Notes under the pieces: model-generated
Databases searched by the model: none
What the model was told of the DNA's origin: nothing
The model's input: the letters and a program-made list of their open reading frames with translations, nothing else
Shown: piece by piece, positions 51,551-64,000 of the stretch
Layout of the letters: the number at the start of each line of letters is the position of its first letter
How positions within the stretch are numbered: position 1 is the first letter of the stretch
Assembly (NCBI RefSeq): GCF_009914755.1
Contig: NC_060939.1
Strand: one strand, 5' to 3'
From: the human T2T-CHM13v2.0 reference genome, Homo sapiens
DNA: 64,000 nucleotides
Program-made: the position numbers and the translations under genes

Positions 51551-53077
51551 ATAATCAACTATGGTATATGGAATTTGGCATAATTACCTTTTTATTACAT
51601 GTATTATATGAAAACATTAAAAACATATGGGAAGAGGAGAGGATTCTTAATTCTAATAACTCACTGACAATATAATTGGTTTTACTCTTAGTTTATTTCC
51701 TGTTCCCTCATTTTCTGTTTTTTTTCTGAGTATTCAATTTTTTTTTCAGATAACTGAAATTGGTAGGATATAGATACGAAATGGTTTTTAATTTTCTCCG
51801 TTAGCTACCTGTAAATATGCCTTGTGGAAACTTATTTCCACCTCCTCCAGCCCTCCTATCCACCCTCGCCCAGCTGCCCTCACCAGACATGTTCAGGCCC
51901 AAAGGACTTAGTGTATAAAAGGGAGCCTGATGTGCCACTTACTCCTCCTTCCCCATCCACTTACAGGTCCCTCTATTCCTCAGTGTTTTGGGGAATGGAA
52001 ACTAAAGGGGAAGAAGAAGAGGCCCTCAATGCTTCCTATATGGTTGCATCCAAACGCTGGTCTCTCGTGTGTGTTTCTGGGGACCCTCCTATCTGTACAT
52101 TTCCTTGAGGAGTGAAATCTATTTCATATCAATTCCTGTCAGTGTCTCCTGTGACTGCCTACTGCAGCATATGCCATAGATTCTTGCTACTTGAAAATCC
52201 ATTCCTTGTGGCTAGCCCTCTGGAATGGGATTCCAGCAAGTAAGCTAAAGCCCACCTTCCTCTTGTGAGGTTCACTTGAGCCATACAAAACTCATACATT
52301 TTTTTCAAATTGTTGGTGGTAATGGAGACTTCTCCACTACTACCCACTTTCTCCACCCTGCCATTTCTCTAAAATTCTCTTCTCTACCTGTACATAAGCA
52401 TTTATACTTCCACATTAGGGGAGGGACAATGCTATGGCTTGTTGTAACATGACCATGTTCAATAAAAAATGGAGGCAAGCTAAAAAGTCTTCTCAGTTAG
52501 TGAATCCAGGATTTCTGAGTAATATTCATTCCCTCTCTTTTTTTGATTCTATCACAATCCCATCTCAATATTCATGACCATAGACTGAGTAATAAAGTTA
52601 GCCAACAATACACCCTTTGGAAAATTGTGATGGGCAAGAGAGATCGATGAAAATTAGCTGCATTTTAGAATTATTTATAAAACCATAAAAATGAAAATAT
52701 AGTAGAAGATACAATACTTATTTCTGTAACAAATCCTAAAGTTATAGTTTGTACTTATGACTTCCAAATTCTTCTGTCCAGTCCATGTTCTCTTTGGCGC
52801 CAAAGGAAACTCAGCTTCCAAGATCCCTTAAGTGACAGAGAAATATAGAAAAGTTTAATTATTGGAGTCTTATTTATATAAAGTGCTATACAATTCTTTG
52901 AACATTTGACACTGGACATGCTGAAATAGAGGCATTTGGGTTCCACCCTTTGTATTCCATTGGTGCTCTTCCTGCAGATGATCATTTCCAATCAATGGTA
53001 GGATCCATTATCCTGTACCTGTTTTATTCTGGTGGCATGGTGTCAAAAATGACCAAATGAAGTCTCAGTTTCCAGTG

Positions 53078-53440
53078 TATATTAGTCCATTCTCATGCTG
53101 CTAATAAAGACATATCCAAGAGTGGGTAATTTATAAAGGAAAGAGGTTTAATGGACTCACAGTTCAGCATGGCTGTGGAGGCCTCACAATCATGGCAGAA
53201 GACAAAGGAGGGGCAAAGGCATGTCTTACATGGTGGCAGGCAAGAGAGTGTGTGCAGGGGAACTGCCGTTTATAAAACCATCAGATCTCATGAGACTTAA
53301 TCACTAGCATGATAGCAACACAGGAAAAACCCACCCCTGTGATTCAATTACCTCTCACCAGGTCCATCCCATGACGTGTGGGAATTATGGGAGCTACAAT
53401 TCCAGATGAGATTTGGGTGGGGCACAGCCAAACCATGTCA
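53078..53440 (-). mobile_element. THE1 (B/C-like) MaLR solo LTR
   Basis: tattagtccattctcatgctgctaataaagac...gagatttgggtggggcacagccaaaccatgtca, 363 bp. 5-bp TSD cagtg/cggtg. Confidence 0.92.
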
Positions 53441-53619
53441 CGGTGTAAATATTGTTGCAATTATCCAAATAACTGTCTAGGACTTAGCACAATACCAAAT
53501 ACCCATGAATAGTCATTGTATTTCATTTTTGTTATTTTAACTTAGATTTTGTTATATGATTTAGGAAGATCATACTGGTGTTATAGTATCAGTCAAATAT
53601 AAAGTAGTAATAGCTGACA

Positions 53620-54056
53620 CTGCTTACTGCAAACACCTGCCACTCTGCCTGAGGAGCCACAGGCACAGGCTCGGTCCTATGCAGGACCAGCTGGAGTGCC
53701 AGAGGGTTAATGCCTCAGGGAGCAGCCCCCTACCAGTGAAATACAGGAAGTTGGTGGGTAAGAAAGGAAGAAGAGAAAATCTCTATCTTCCTCATTTGTG
53801 ACCAACTCTGATGTGTATTCTACATATACAGCACTCCAGAGTTTCCCTATGAGATGGGATCCAGTTTCCCTCAGAAGGCTGGCTTGACACACACTTACTT
53901 ACTTTTTACTTACTTATTTTTTTAGCTTATTTACTTTTTTTTCTTTTCTCACCTCCTGGCTCCTTTCCCAGTGTTTCCTGGGATCCCTCCCCAGGCAGAC
54001 CACTTACCTTTTGATGCTTGTCTCAGGTTTACTTCTGGGAGAACCCAAACCTAATG
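53620..54056. mobile_element. Old ERVL-type LTR relic (LTR16-like)
   Basis: Terminus-like tctcaggtttacttctgggagaacccaaacctaa and internal ggttaatgcctcagggagcagcccc. Confidence 0.45.
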
Positions 54057-54344
54057 TCAGGTGGCTAAAAAGCAGGGTGCCAGATCCCGGGTCAACATGT
54101 ATCTAAACTCTGTGCCCTGACCTCTATGTACACCTCTCCTTGAGGACAAGTAAAAAGGCTCACTACCTTGAATGAATGTTTCCCTATTACTTGGGCTTTT
54201 TCTCTCATGTGTTCTTAATTTAGAAATACAGAACTAATTAATGAAATACAACTTTTAAATGAGTATTATCTGGGAAAAAAATTTGTATTTTTTTCCAAAT
54301 AATAAGCATAATCATTTACCTTATGATCATAAAACCCAAAGTGA

Positions 54345-54662
<318 letters not shown>

Positions 54663-55591
54663 TGTCTCTTTAATTTTTAATTCATGTTCTGTGGGGGAAA
54701 TTACTGTTTCAAACTGCATTGAATCATTATTTAAGTGTTATTTAATCAAAATGTGTGTTGTATAAAAAGTCTTGTGATTCTTTAGAAATCTAAGTGCACT
54801 TTTAAAAGCATTTGTGTTTTACTTTTCTTATTCTCATATAATTTCCCCTTACTCCATTTTCTTCTTTTCCTTTCTCATCTCCTTCTCTTTTTTCTGTTTT
54901 TCTCCCTTGCTTGTGTTAGAAAAGTAACTATTGCATTTAATATAAGGAAAAAGCCAATAACTTATAATCAATTTTTTTCACTATTTTCAGGCTTTAAGAC
55001 ATACTTCCCTTTAAAAATATGTTTAATTGAATTCAACTTTTTAATAAATGGGTTTATAATAAATGGTTTAATAAATGGGTTTCTAAGTATGGAAATGCCT
55101 CTTGTATCTTGCTCGTTTATTCTTTTTTCCTTCTTCACCTCTTTCTTGCTCTTTTCTCTCCTATTTTTGTACTCCTTTCCTCCTTCATTATTCTCTTTTG
55201 GAAGAGATTTGGATGTCATCTTTCTGTAGTAGTTAGACAAAAAGAAAAAAATACAAGGAATTGAATCCCATTAGAAATTTATGAGCCAAATAATTCAAAT
55301 ATGATCTATCATATTGGAAAAACAGTCTTCTCTCTCTGTTCCAAACATGGAAAATAAACAAATCCAAAATGGATGTAGAAGTATTCTTAAGTTTTTAAGT
55401 GGAACTGAGAATTTAATATATAAGAGTCACATGTTTATTATTCTAGAAATGTACTGCAATATTAAAACACCATCTTATTCTGCATCCATTTAACAAACAT
55501 TTACTGAGTGTCCCCTCTGGGCTAAGTTTCATACAGTGAGAAATATGTTCAAAGGTGGATATGATGTTATGTATGCAAGTTGCTCTAATAT

Positions 55592-55810
55592 GGTGCTTCT
55601 CAAGTAGGGGTGGTTTTCCCCCTCAGGAGACATATGGCAATATCTGCAGAGCTTTGGTTGTCACATCCTGGAGTGGTGGTCATGTTACTGGCATCTAGTA
55701 CAGAGGCCAGGAATGCTGCTAAACATCCTACAGTGCACAGGACAGCCTTCCCTGTAATAAAAATTCATCTGGCTCTAAATAGTAATAGTGCTCAGTCTAG
55801 GACACCCTAA
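55592..55810 (+). mobile_element. MER20 (hAT-Charlie)
   Basis: actggcatctagtacagaggccaggaatgctgctaaacatcctacagtgcacaggacagcc. Confidence 0.85.
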
Positions 55811-56966
55811 TCTAACACAGGCTGAAAAGTGAGAAGTGAAATTTTGGTCTGAGGAGACAGAAAAGGCAGAGAGGTAGGTGAGTATATTGGGTCATGAGAA
55901 GGTAGAAGAAGAAATGTATTCTGGATAAAGAAACTCTCCAGGAAAGTACGTACTTGCGCTCTTATTTTAAAATCCCAATATAGCAAGCATGTCCACAGTA
56001 TATTTTTACTGGTGAAGAAACATAATTTTTTTTAAAACAAAATTCACCACATAACCCCCTATTTTAATCAATAGATATTATTAAAAGTATCTTAAATTTC
56101 CTTGCACCATTAAAATATGTAGAAATACTGTGGTAGGTTTAATGTAACATTAGCAGAAATTTTAATATATGTTGGAATTACGACATGTTATTTCTCCAAA
56201 ATTTGACTCAGTGGTTTAAAATTGATAGTTAGCTTGAAATATTACATTTCTTATTGCTGTTTTTTCTCAAGAATGCATTACTTACAGTTTTAGAAGCTGG
56301 TAGAAAATTCATTTCTTGCATCTTGATTACAATGTTACTAAAAAAAAGGTTTTTCTCTAACAACTATTTCATGATACCAAGGGCTCTTTGAATATTTCAT
56401 GCAGGAGCAGACAGTGAAAAATGAATAAAACTTGAACATATTAAATACAGTTTTTTCAATGAATAACACAATTTGAAACAAGGCACAGGATGATTAATTG
56501 CTGAGCCATCCTCTGTTTCCTTCTCTGAGTTTTATTGCAGCTTGAGTGACCTGAATCACAAAAGCTTTACACAGAAAAGGGATATTTTATATAGAAGTTA
56601 CAACAGTTCCATAAAAATATTAATAGTTAATGCCTATGTGAATTAAAATACAAGAGCTGAAGTGTTTGTACTCTATGATCTGTCCTATTTTTTCATTTTT
56701 AATGAGTGAAGTCTTTGAGTCTCTGCTTATTTTAAGTTTCTTAACATTAAATTAGATCATTTTGATCATTTTAATAACCTGTATCCTGCTGAAGTAGAGT
56801 ATAATGTATTTTAATTTGAGATGGAAAGCAGATAGTTACTGATTCCCATCCTGGAATCTATTAATATACTTCAGTATGCCTAGTATATTGCATTAATGTC
56901 ATGTGGAGATTTCTCACTCTTCTTTTTATTGGTCATTTTTATAATTTAAGTGGAAGAAATATGTCA

Positions 56967-57225
56967 TTTATTTATTTGTTTATTTATTTTGAGATGGAGT
57001 CTGTCTCTGTCACCCAAGCTTGAGTGCAGTGGCATAATCTCGACTCACTGCAACCTCCACCTCCTGGGTTCAAGTGATTCTCCTGCCTGAGCCTCCTGAA
57101 TAGCTGGGATTACAGGTGCCCGCCACCACACCCAGCTAATTTTTGTAATTTTAGTAGAGACGGTGTTTCACCATGTTGGCCAGGCTGGCCTCGAACTCCT
57201 GACCTCAGGTGATCTGCCCACCTTG
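56967..57225 (-). mobile_element. AluS lacking about 45 bp of its 5' end, with a (TTTA)n tail
   Basis: gagatggagtctgtctctgtcacccaagc...gacctcaggtgatctgcccaccttg, then non-Alu sequence. Confidence 0.93.
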
Positions 57226-60200
57226 TATCCAGAATATAGGATGAAAAGTTTAAATACCAGATTATATATCCAAGCACACTTTTATTGTCAGGTGTAAAAT
57301 TTGGAAGCATCTCACACATAGTTATTTGGGATCATACCACCTAATGAAAGCATTATCTCTAATTATATTCCTCAAACTATATTCCAGAAGTAGAAAATAA
57401 ACCCTTTTCTGAAATGGTTCACTGTGGAAAGAGTGAACCATTTTCTTATCAGTAATGCAGAAGAACTTAATATTTCATTGGCAGAAAAACTGTTCTCAAA
57501 TTAAAAAAAAAAAAAAATGAGCTTTTTGGCCAAGGGCCACCGCTGAAATTTCAACTGGATAGCCACCTCTGGAAAAAATGCTGAGAAATGTCTTCAGTTC
57601 CTATGCTTGGCCATTTTCAACTTAATACTGATTTTAAAACATAGAAGTTATTTCTCATATTGGCTAAGCTTGTCAGAGATAATCAGAGATCTGGAATCCT
57701 ATCCAGCAGGTCTATGTCACTCTCTGCCCCTTAGGCACCATTGGACTATCTAGAATTTCCTTCTAAGACAAGAGGTTAGCATTTCTCTAGAGTCTTAAGT
57801 GTAAAACTGAGGAGAATCTGTGAAATATGGCTCTTCAAACATTGCAGTCTTTCTGATGACATTCACTTCACCAAGGTGGATGAGGGTCTTCAGAGCAGTC
57901 AAAGAGCTATGCACAAATACCTTTAATAAGAGGGGTACTGTGATATGATTCTAAGGATGTTGACTCCAAAAGTAGAAATGGCAAATATTAAATAAGGTTA
58001 CAGTGAAGATAAGCAAACATCTTGTGCACTAACCAAGTTGTCTACCTCTGTGCTGTTCCTCCCTCAAATCCTGCAAGACCAGTAACATTCTCCACACTTC
58101 TCACATTAAGACACGATGTGTAAAGATTTTACTCACAAATAGATTTTTAAAACTTGCTAAGGTAGTTGGTCAAGTAGGTAAGTGACAGGGACAATGCCCC
58201 TCCCACTGTCTCACACTCGTTTTCATCCGAAAGAAATCAGTCTATCATTATTCCTTCCCACAGCCTATGCTTTCTTCTCCCTAGCTTTAAATAATTGGGT
58301 GTAGTTCCTTCTCCGTACTCTACATGTTAGTATCACTGAATCTCTCTTCTGTTCAGGAGATGATCTTTAAGCTGATACTTAGTTTTCATGTTGGCAATAA
58401 ATCCCCGCCGCAAACTTCTAACTTCTTCCTCTGCTCCCCAGTTTCACTTCATTCTGGCTGCAGTTACTGGGTAAGCTCAGTAGCCAGGACACCTTTTAAG
58501 TAATAAACAGAGGAACTGACGTTGTAGGAATCCAAGCTAAATGTAAGAAAATACATCCTGCTTCCAGGACACTCTTTCTAATATAGCCTGGAGTCTACTA
58601 TACACCTGTAGGACATTGCTGCATTGCTCTGTCCTCCCTGTCTCCCTCTTCTCCCCTCTTGTCCCCCACCAGCACATGGATTCATCTTGTGACAGTTCCC
58701 TAGCACAGTGAGTCATTTTGTGATTGATAATTGGCAACCCTCTCTTCTTACAATGTAAGCCCTAGTAGGACAGGCAGTTTGCATATTCATCTTTGAAATC
58801 TAAGTGCCCAGTAGAGTACTGGATGCAAAGCAGGTGCTTAGTGAGTTATAGAACAAATGAATGCTATAAAATTCAATGCAGAAAATCTCAAATTGTGTAA
58901 TATAACATAGTTCTCATATTTGAATGTATGTGATTACAGACTTTTATTGTAGCAACTATGTTTGTGGTCCTGTTCTAGACACTGGAACATCCAAAGTGTG
59001 TATGAGTATGTGTGCATCCTTAGAAAAAAGCTTGTAATTTTACAACTGATACTATTCACTAATTATCATACAAGATAAAAGTAAGTGCCATTGGAGAAAT
59101 ACAAAGGGGCATATAAAATTAGAAAGAGAGAAAAAGACTACTTTTTTTTGGCAAACTCTTGAAATCATGATGTTTTATTCAGTCTGTTACATGAAACTCA
59201 AAAACCGACCAGGAAAAAATGAAGTATGCCACTGTGCACAGTTTAGGTCACTGAAAGATCCATTTATCCTTTCATGTGACTTAGTTTTAGGAGCATTTGT
59301 CATATGCCAGGCTTTGTGCTAGGTAAATTACCATGAAAGTCTATGCCAAATATCTCCATTTGCCCCTCCTAATCTACTTTCCCCCACTCCGCAGGAGGCT
59401 GAGCTGTGTGGGTCACAGTCTTGAGCAGGCTTACTCCCTGTTTCCCAAGTGGTTCAGAGAGCAGGGAGCCCCTCCTAAAAGGGAAGACTACGTTCAGATA
59501 TTCCTTCTCCAGGCTCCCTCTGGACAAGGTCCTCTCAGCCTGGCTCTGTCCTTTGACTGTAAGCTTCTCAATGTCTTTCCTAGAAAACTCTCTCTTTCCA
59601 GGTTCCAGTAACTCCTTCCTCCCCTCATGGTTTACCGATGAGGGCAGTTAGCAGTTCCACTTTCCCTTGTCATTTCCCTAGAGCCCAGCGAAACCCTCAT
59701 AAAAAGTCTCTTCTCAAACCATCCTAAAATTCCTCAAATTCTGGTTTCCATCTGTTCACTATTTATACTCTGATACTTGAAAAATCTTTAGAGTTTTGCC
59801 AGGTTTTCTTCCATGGCAACTCCTTCATATGGGTCAAAGATTAACATGTTGAAATAAGCATTTCAAGTATCAGAATAATCCTCTTTGGAGTGAGAGAAAA
59901 CATCAAATTTTGATGACTCCTTTGTCCAGAATGAACAAAAGAGCTTTCCACAGAAATATTTCCATTATAGTCTGGGCAGGACATCAAAATCCCGAATCCC
60001 ACTTTCTCAGAATACAGTTTATTTGGCCCAGCATTTTATCTTTTCTGGAAATCTGAAATCAGATTAAGACAACTGGGAATCATTTGTAAAGTCACTTGTA
60101 AAGTTTAAGAGTTCTCACAGCATAGAATAAGCACATGTTTATTGCATGTGATGCTGTGGGGAAATTATCACTTTTAATGTACTGGCAGACTAAAATGTAC

Positions 60201-60644
60201 ATATTTTTAGCTCGGAATAGGTGTACTTCTAGTGTTTCTTTCATTTTTTGTCATGAATACTTGAAAGATTACATTTTTTTATCGCACTCACATTTTTAAT
60301 CAACAACTGTATATATGATGCATTTCTTTATTTCTCAATTTGGTGAGAGCCAGATCTTATTCCAAGGTTATGCTGAATATCAGTGATTAGAATCCCTGTT
60401 TCCTGACTTCAAGTGTTCCCTGTTACTTGCCTCTCAAATACTAAGATTGGTTTAAATAATTATGAAGGTAACATACATATATTTTCAAAAGAAACAAAAG
60501 CACTTGACATTTGTTTACATCTAAAGTTACGTATAAAGTTTACCTATAAATAACCACTCACACTGCAGTTTACTACCATTTATAAGCACCTTCATGTATT
60601 TTCGTCACTTGAGTCTCAGAACAGCCCTCTAAAGTCAGACAGAG

Positions 60645-60826
60645 GGCCAGCACCATGGCTCACGCCTGTAATCCTAACACTTTGGGAGACCAAGGTGAAA
60701 ACTGCTTGAGCAGGGAGAACTGCTTGAGGTCAGCAGTTCGAGACCAGCCTGGCCAACGTGGTGAAACTCCGTCTCTACTAAAATTACAAGAATTAGCCGA
60801 GCATGGTGAAGCTGGGACTACATGCC
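60645..60826 (+). mobile_element. Rearranged partial Alu (left arm, internal duplication, short inverted piece)
   Basis: ggccagcaccatggctcacgcctgtaatcc, duplicated aactgcttgag, truncated after gcatggtg. Confidence 0.85.
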
Positions 60827-61413
60827 TGGCTCCTGGGTGCCCGTTTGTGACAGTCATCTCACCCAAGAGCAATGGATGTCACTGAAGTGATTTAAGCAAG
60901 AGTGCAACATGGGTAATAGACTGAAGGGAGACAAGACAGGAGCAGACAGACAAGTTCCAGCCTCCAGTAAAAATCCAGGTGAGACATGGCATGGGGCTTG
61001 GATGGTGGAATAGTGACAAAGAAATATGGGCAGACTCATGATGTAGTTCGGCAGTAAAATAGGCAAGTGTTAGTGAAATAAATCTTAAGTTAATAAAAGT
61101 TAGGATATAAAATTTCTTCTACAGGATTCCAAAATAAAGCAACAATTACTTCTGTGTGATGAAAGTGTGGTTGATTTTTTTTCTCTGCCTGCTTATGGTT
61201 TTCTGTACTTTCAAATGATCCCAACATGTCTAGATATTTATTTTTGAATTATAATTTTATTTAAAAATATAAAAAATATACTTTCTTATGCAAAGTACAA
61301 TAGTTTAATTGATTGCCAAGGTGCAGTTTATTCAAAGTGGTAGATTTTGAAGTCTTTTAAGGCCTTGGATTTAAATCTGAGCTGGAATAAACAGCCCAGT
61401 TAAACTTTCTCTT

Positions 61414-61737
<324 letters not shown>

Positions 61738-62444
61738 TTATAATTGCTTTGTGAGTAGCACAATCGCCTGGAGTGGGACCCACATGTTATTGTATAATGC
61801 ACCGATTAAAATTAAGTGCCGAGTTAATGATAAAGCAGGTATTTTGAAAATTGTGTAATACCTTTTTGTTAGGGGTAGCTATGATACTTTTTAATATTTT
61901 TGTTACTGCTGTTTGTTTTGTTTTAGGTCTGGTTAGAAAGTAAAACAGAGGTTAGAATAAGTTGTCTGGGAATCTTGTGGAAATACTGACATGTCAGAAA
62001 ATTACTCTTCAAATCACTGAGTCAAGAAAGCAAAATGCAATACAATTTCTCTGGACCCACTGAGCCACCACGCCTGTTTTTGTTCACTGAGAACAGGTTT
62101 GGTGACCAATGGGGTCAGTGGCGTTAATTGGAAACTGCAGACTACTGCCTCACAACCTGCACGTGTCCTTCACAGCTGATTTCTGAGCGAAGATGGGACA
62201 TTTTCTCCTACAGTTATCCTTTGGCACTGGAAGTTAAGCCTTGTTATTACGTGTTTAATCTATCTTAGAATAAGGAATATAAGGTATGTTAAATGGCATA
62301 AAAATAGTAAACCTAAATCTTTAAAGGTTGGAAGCCAACCTTGTACAAACCTCTGGTGTAAAACTCTCTGCTTATTTATGGAAGAAAGGCAAGAAATGCG
62401 AAAACAGGTGAATGGAGAGCTATACAGGCATGGCCCAAGCATGT

Positions 62445-62630
62445 GCTCTGGTTCTGCCTGGCTGCAAGACCTGGGATAAGTCACTTATCCTCTCTAAGCC
62501 TCAATTTTGTCATCTGTAAAAATGGAAAGCATAATAATTCATACCGTGTGGAGTTGCTGGGAGAACTACAAGTGATAATACCCATGAAACACTTTGCACA
62601 TAGAAATCCCCATAAATGTTCATCATTCTT
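62445..62630 (+). mobile_element. MIR SINE
   Basis: gacctgggataagtcacttatcctctctaagcctcaattttgtcatctgtaaaaatgg. Confidence 0.75.
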
Positions 62631-63239
62631 ATGGCATCCTCATCATCATTAGATGTGCTCTGTCTCAGAGGTGACTCTTTCGTTTACAAAACATTAAGAG
62701 AGACCCCTCAGGATGCAGCTCCCTAAGCAAGTAAGCCAGTAATCACGTGTTCCTCTGTGAGCTGTACCTCCACATTCCTAAGAGGCTCTTGGAGTGACTG
62801 AGAGATCTGTGACACCTGAATGATTCACACCTGCAGTTTCTAGGAACCCCTTCTCCATACACTCCATGGTTGTCAAATAATCATATATTTATTGAACCTG
62901 TACTGTGCACAAAGCACTGTGCTAGGTATGTGACACCAGGGATAGATTCTTTGCTCCAAGAAGCTCATGATGAAGATAAAACAACTGTATGAAGAGAAAA
63001 AAGAATCATCCAGGGTAGTTTATGCTAGATGCCAGATGAATCTAAAGATAAAGAGTAGAGGCTTTCAGAAGGGGAGAGATGACTGTGATGGGAGAGTTGG
63101 GAGCCTTCGGGGAAGATGTATGGTTCAAAGTGGGTTTTCAAGAAGATGTGGGTCTCAAGTAAAGAAAGGAGAAAAGTAGGCATGTCAGAAAGACACAGAG
63201 ATCAAAGCGACAAGAAGACCAATCAGAGTGGAGTAGAAA

Positions 63240-63779
63240 GGTGCTCTCAAAGTATAGTCCCAGAACAGCAGCCTCAGGATTACCTGCTCAGGCTGTCATA
63301 ACAAAATACAAAGACTGAGTGGCTTAAACACAAAAACTTATTTTCCAGTTCTGAAGGCTGGGAAGTCCAAGATCAATGTGCCACCAATTCCATTTCTGAT
63401 GAGGGCTCTCCTCCTGGCTTGCAGACAGCCTTCTACTTGCTGTGTCTTCACATGGCTGAGAGAGAGATCCTAAGTTCTCTGGTGTCTCATTTTATAAGGA
63501 CACTAATCCCATCAGGCCAGGGCCCCACCCTATTACCTCATTTAACCTTAGTTATTTCCTTAGAGGCTTCATCTCTAAATACAGCCACACTGGGGATTAG
63601 GACTTCAACAAACGAATTTGGGGGAGATACCAACATTCTATCTATAGCACATGGAAACTTTTCAGAAGTGCTAAATTTTGGGCTTTACCCTGAAACTACT
63701 GAGTCAGAAACTCTAGGAGTCGGGCTCAAATATCTCTTTTAATCAGCCTTTTTGGTGCTGCTGAGTTTGAGAACCACTA
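63240..63779. mobile_element. MER5A split by an MLT1A-like LTR (~63287-63649)
   Basis: MER5A left part ctctcaaagtatagtcccagaacagcagc and right part tactgagtcagaaactct...gtttgagaaccact. MLT1 body ggctgtcataacaaaatac...ggcttaaac...gggattaggacttcaaca. Confidence 0.8.
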
Positions 63780-64000
63780 AAGAGTCAATAGGGCAAGTGA
63801 ATGGAGGGGAGATGAAAGAAGTAGATTGTCATCAGAACTTGGAGAATTTTGAGGCTCAAGAATGTGGAGGCTGGTCTTAGTCAGTGGGAGACCTAGAAGG
63901 AGAGGAGGTCATACAGGTTAGTGTAAACCATTTATTTTGCCATCTGTTTGTGGGAGAAAGGGGAGGAAGGAAAGGAGGAGAGAAGGAAAGAAGGAAGGAA

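Overview
Primate (most likely human) genomic DNA from inside the 3' half of UNC13C (Munc13-3), a synaptic vesicle priming gene on the + strand. Six GT-AG coding exons (7426-7514, 14793-14942, 28597-28720, 31510-31566, 37370-37450, 49737-49884) splice with matching phases into one open frame of about 216 aa: [41 protein letters not shown]...[16 protein letters not shown]...[37 protein letters not shown]...[14 protein letters not shown]...DTQTSQ. This is the C-terminal MUN/MHD2 region just before C2C. The rest is intron: two multi-kb L1s, a young L1PA2-like stub, seven Alus, THE1 and MLT1 LTRs, MER2/MER5A/MER20/MER53/MADE1 DNA elements, L2/MIR relics and a 1.35-kb AT-rich palindromic minisatellite. 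Most ORF-track entries are repeat-derived or spurious. I see no new gene or multi-gene system. The most notable structures are: a probable L1 3'-transduction with twin-priming inversion (13.5-14.5 kb); a clean twin-primed L1 with an 11-bp TSD (24.1-28.4 kb); a MADE1 hairpin with a compensated arm change next to an exon; and a UG-repeat plus strong cryptic acceptor with an immediate stop, reminiscent of TDP-43-controlled UNC13A cryptic splicing. Repeat subfamily calls are from recalled consensus sequences and need RepeatMasker confirmation.
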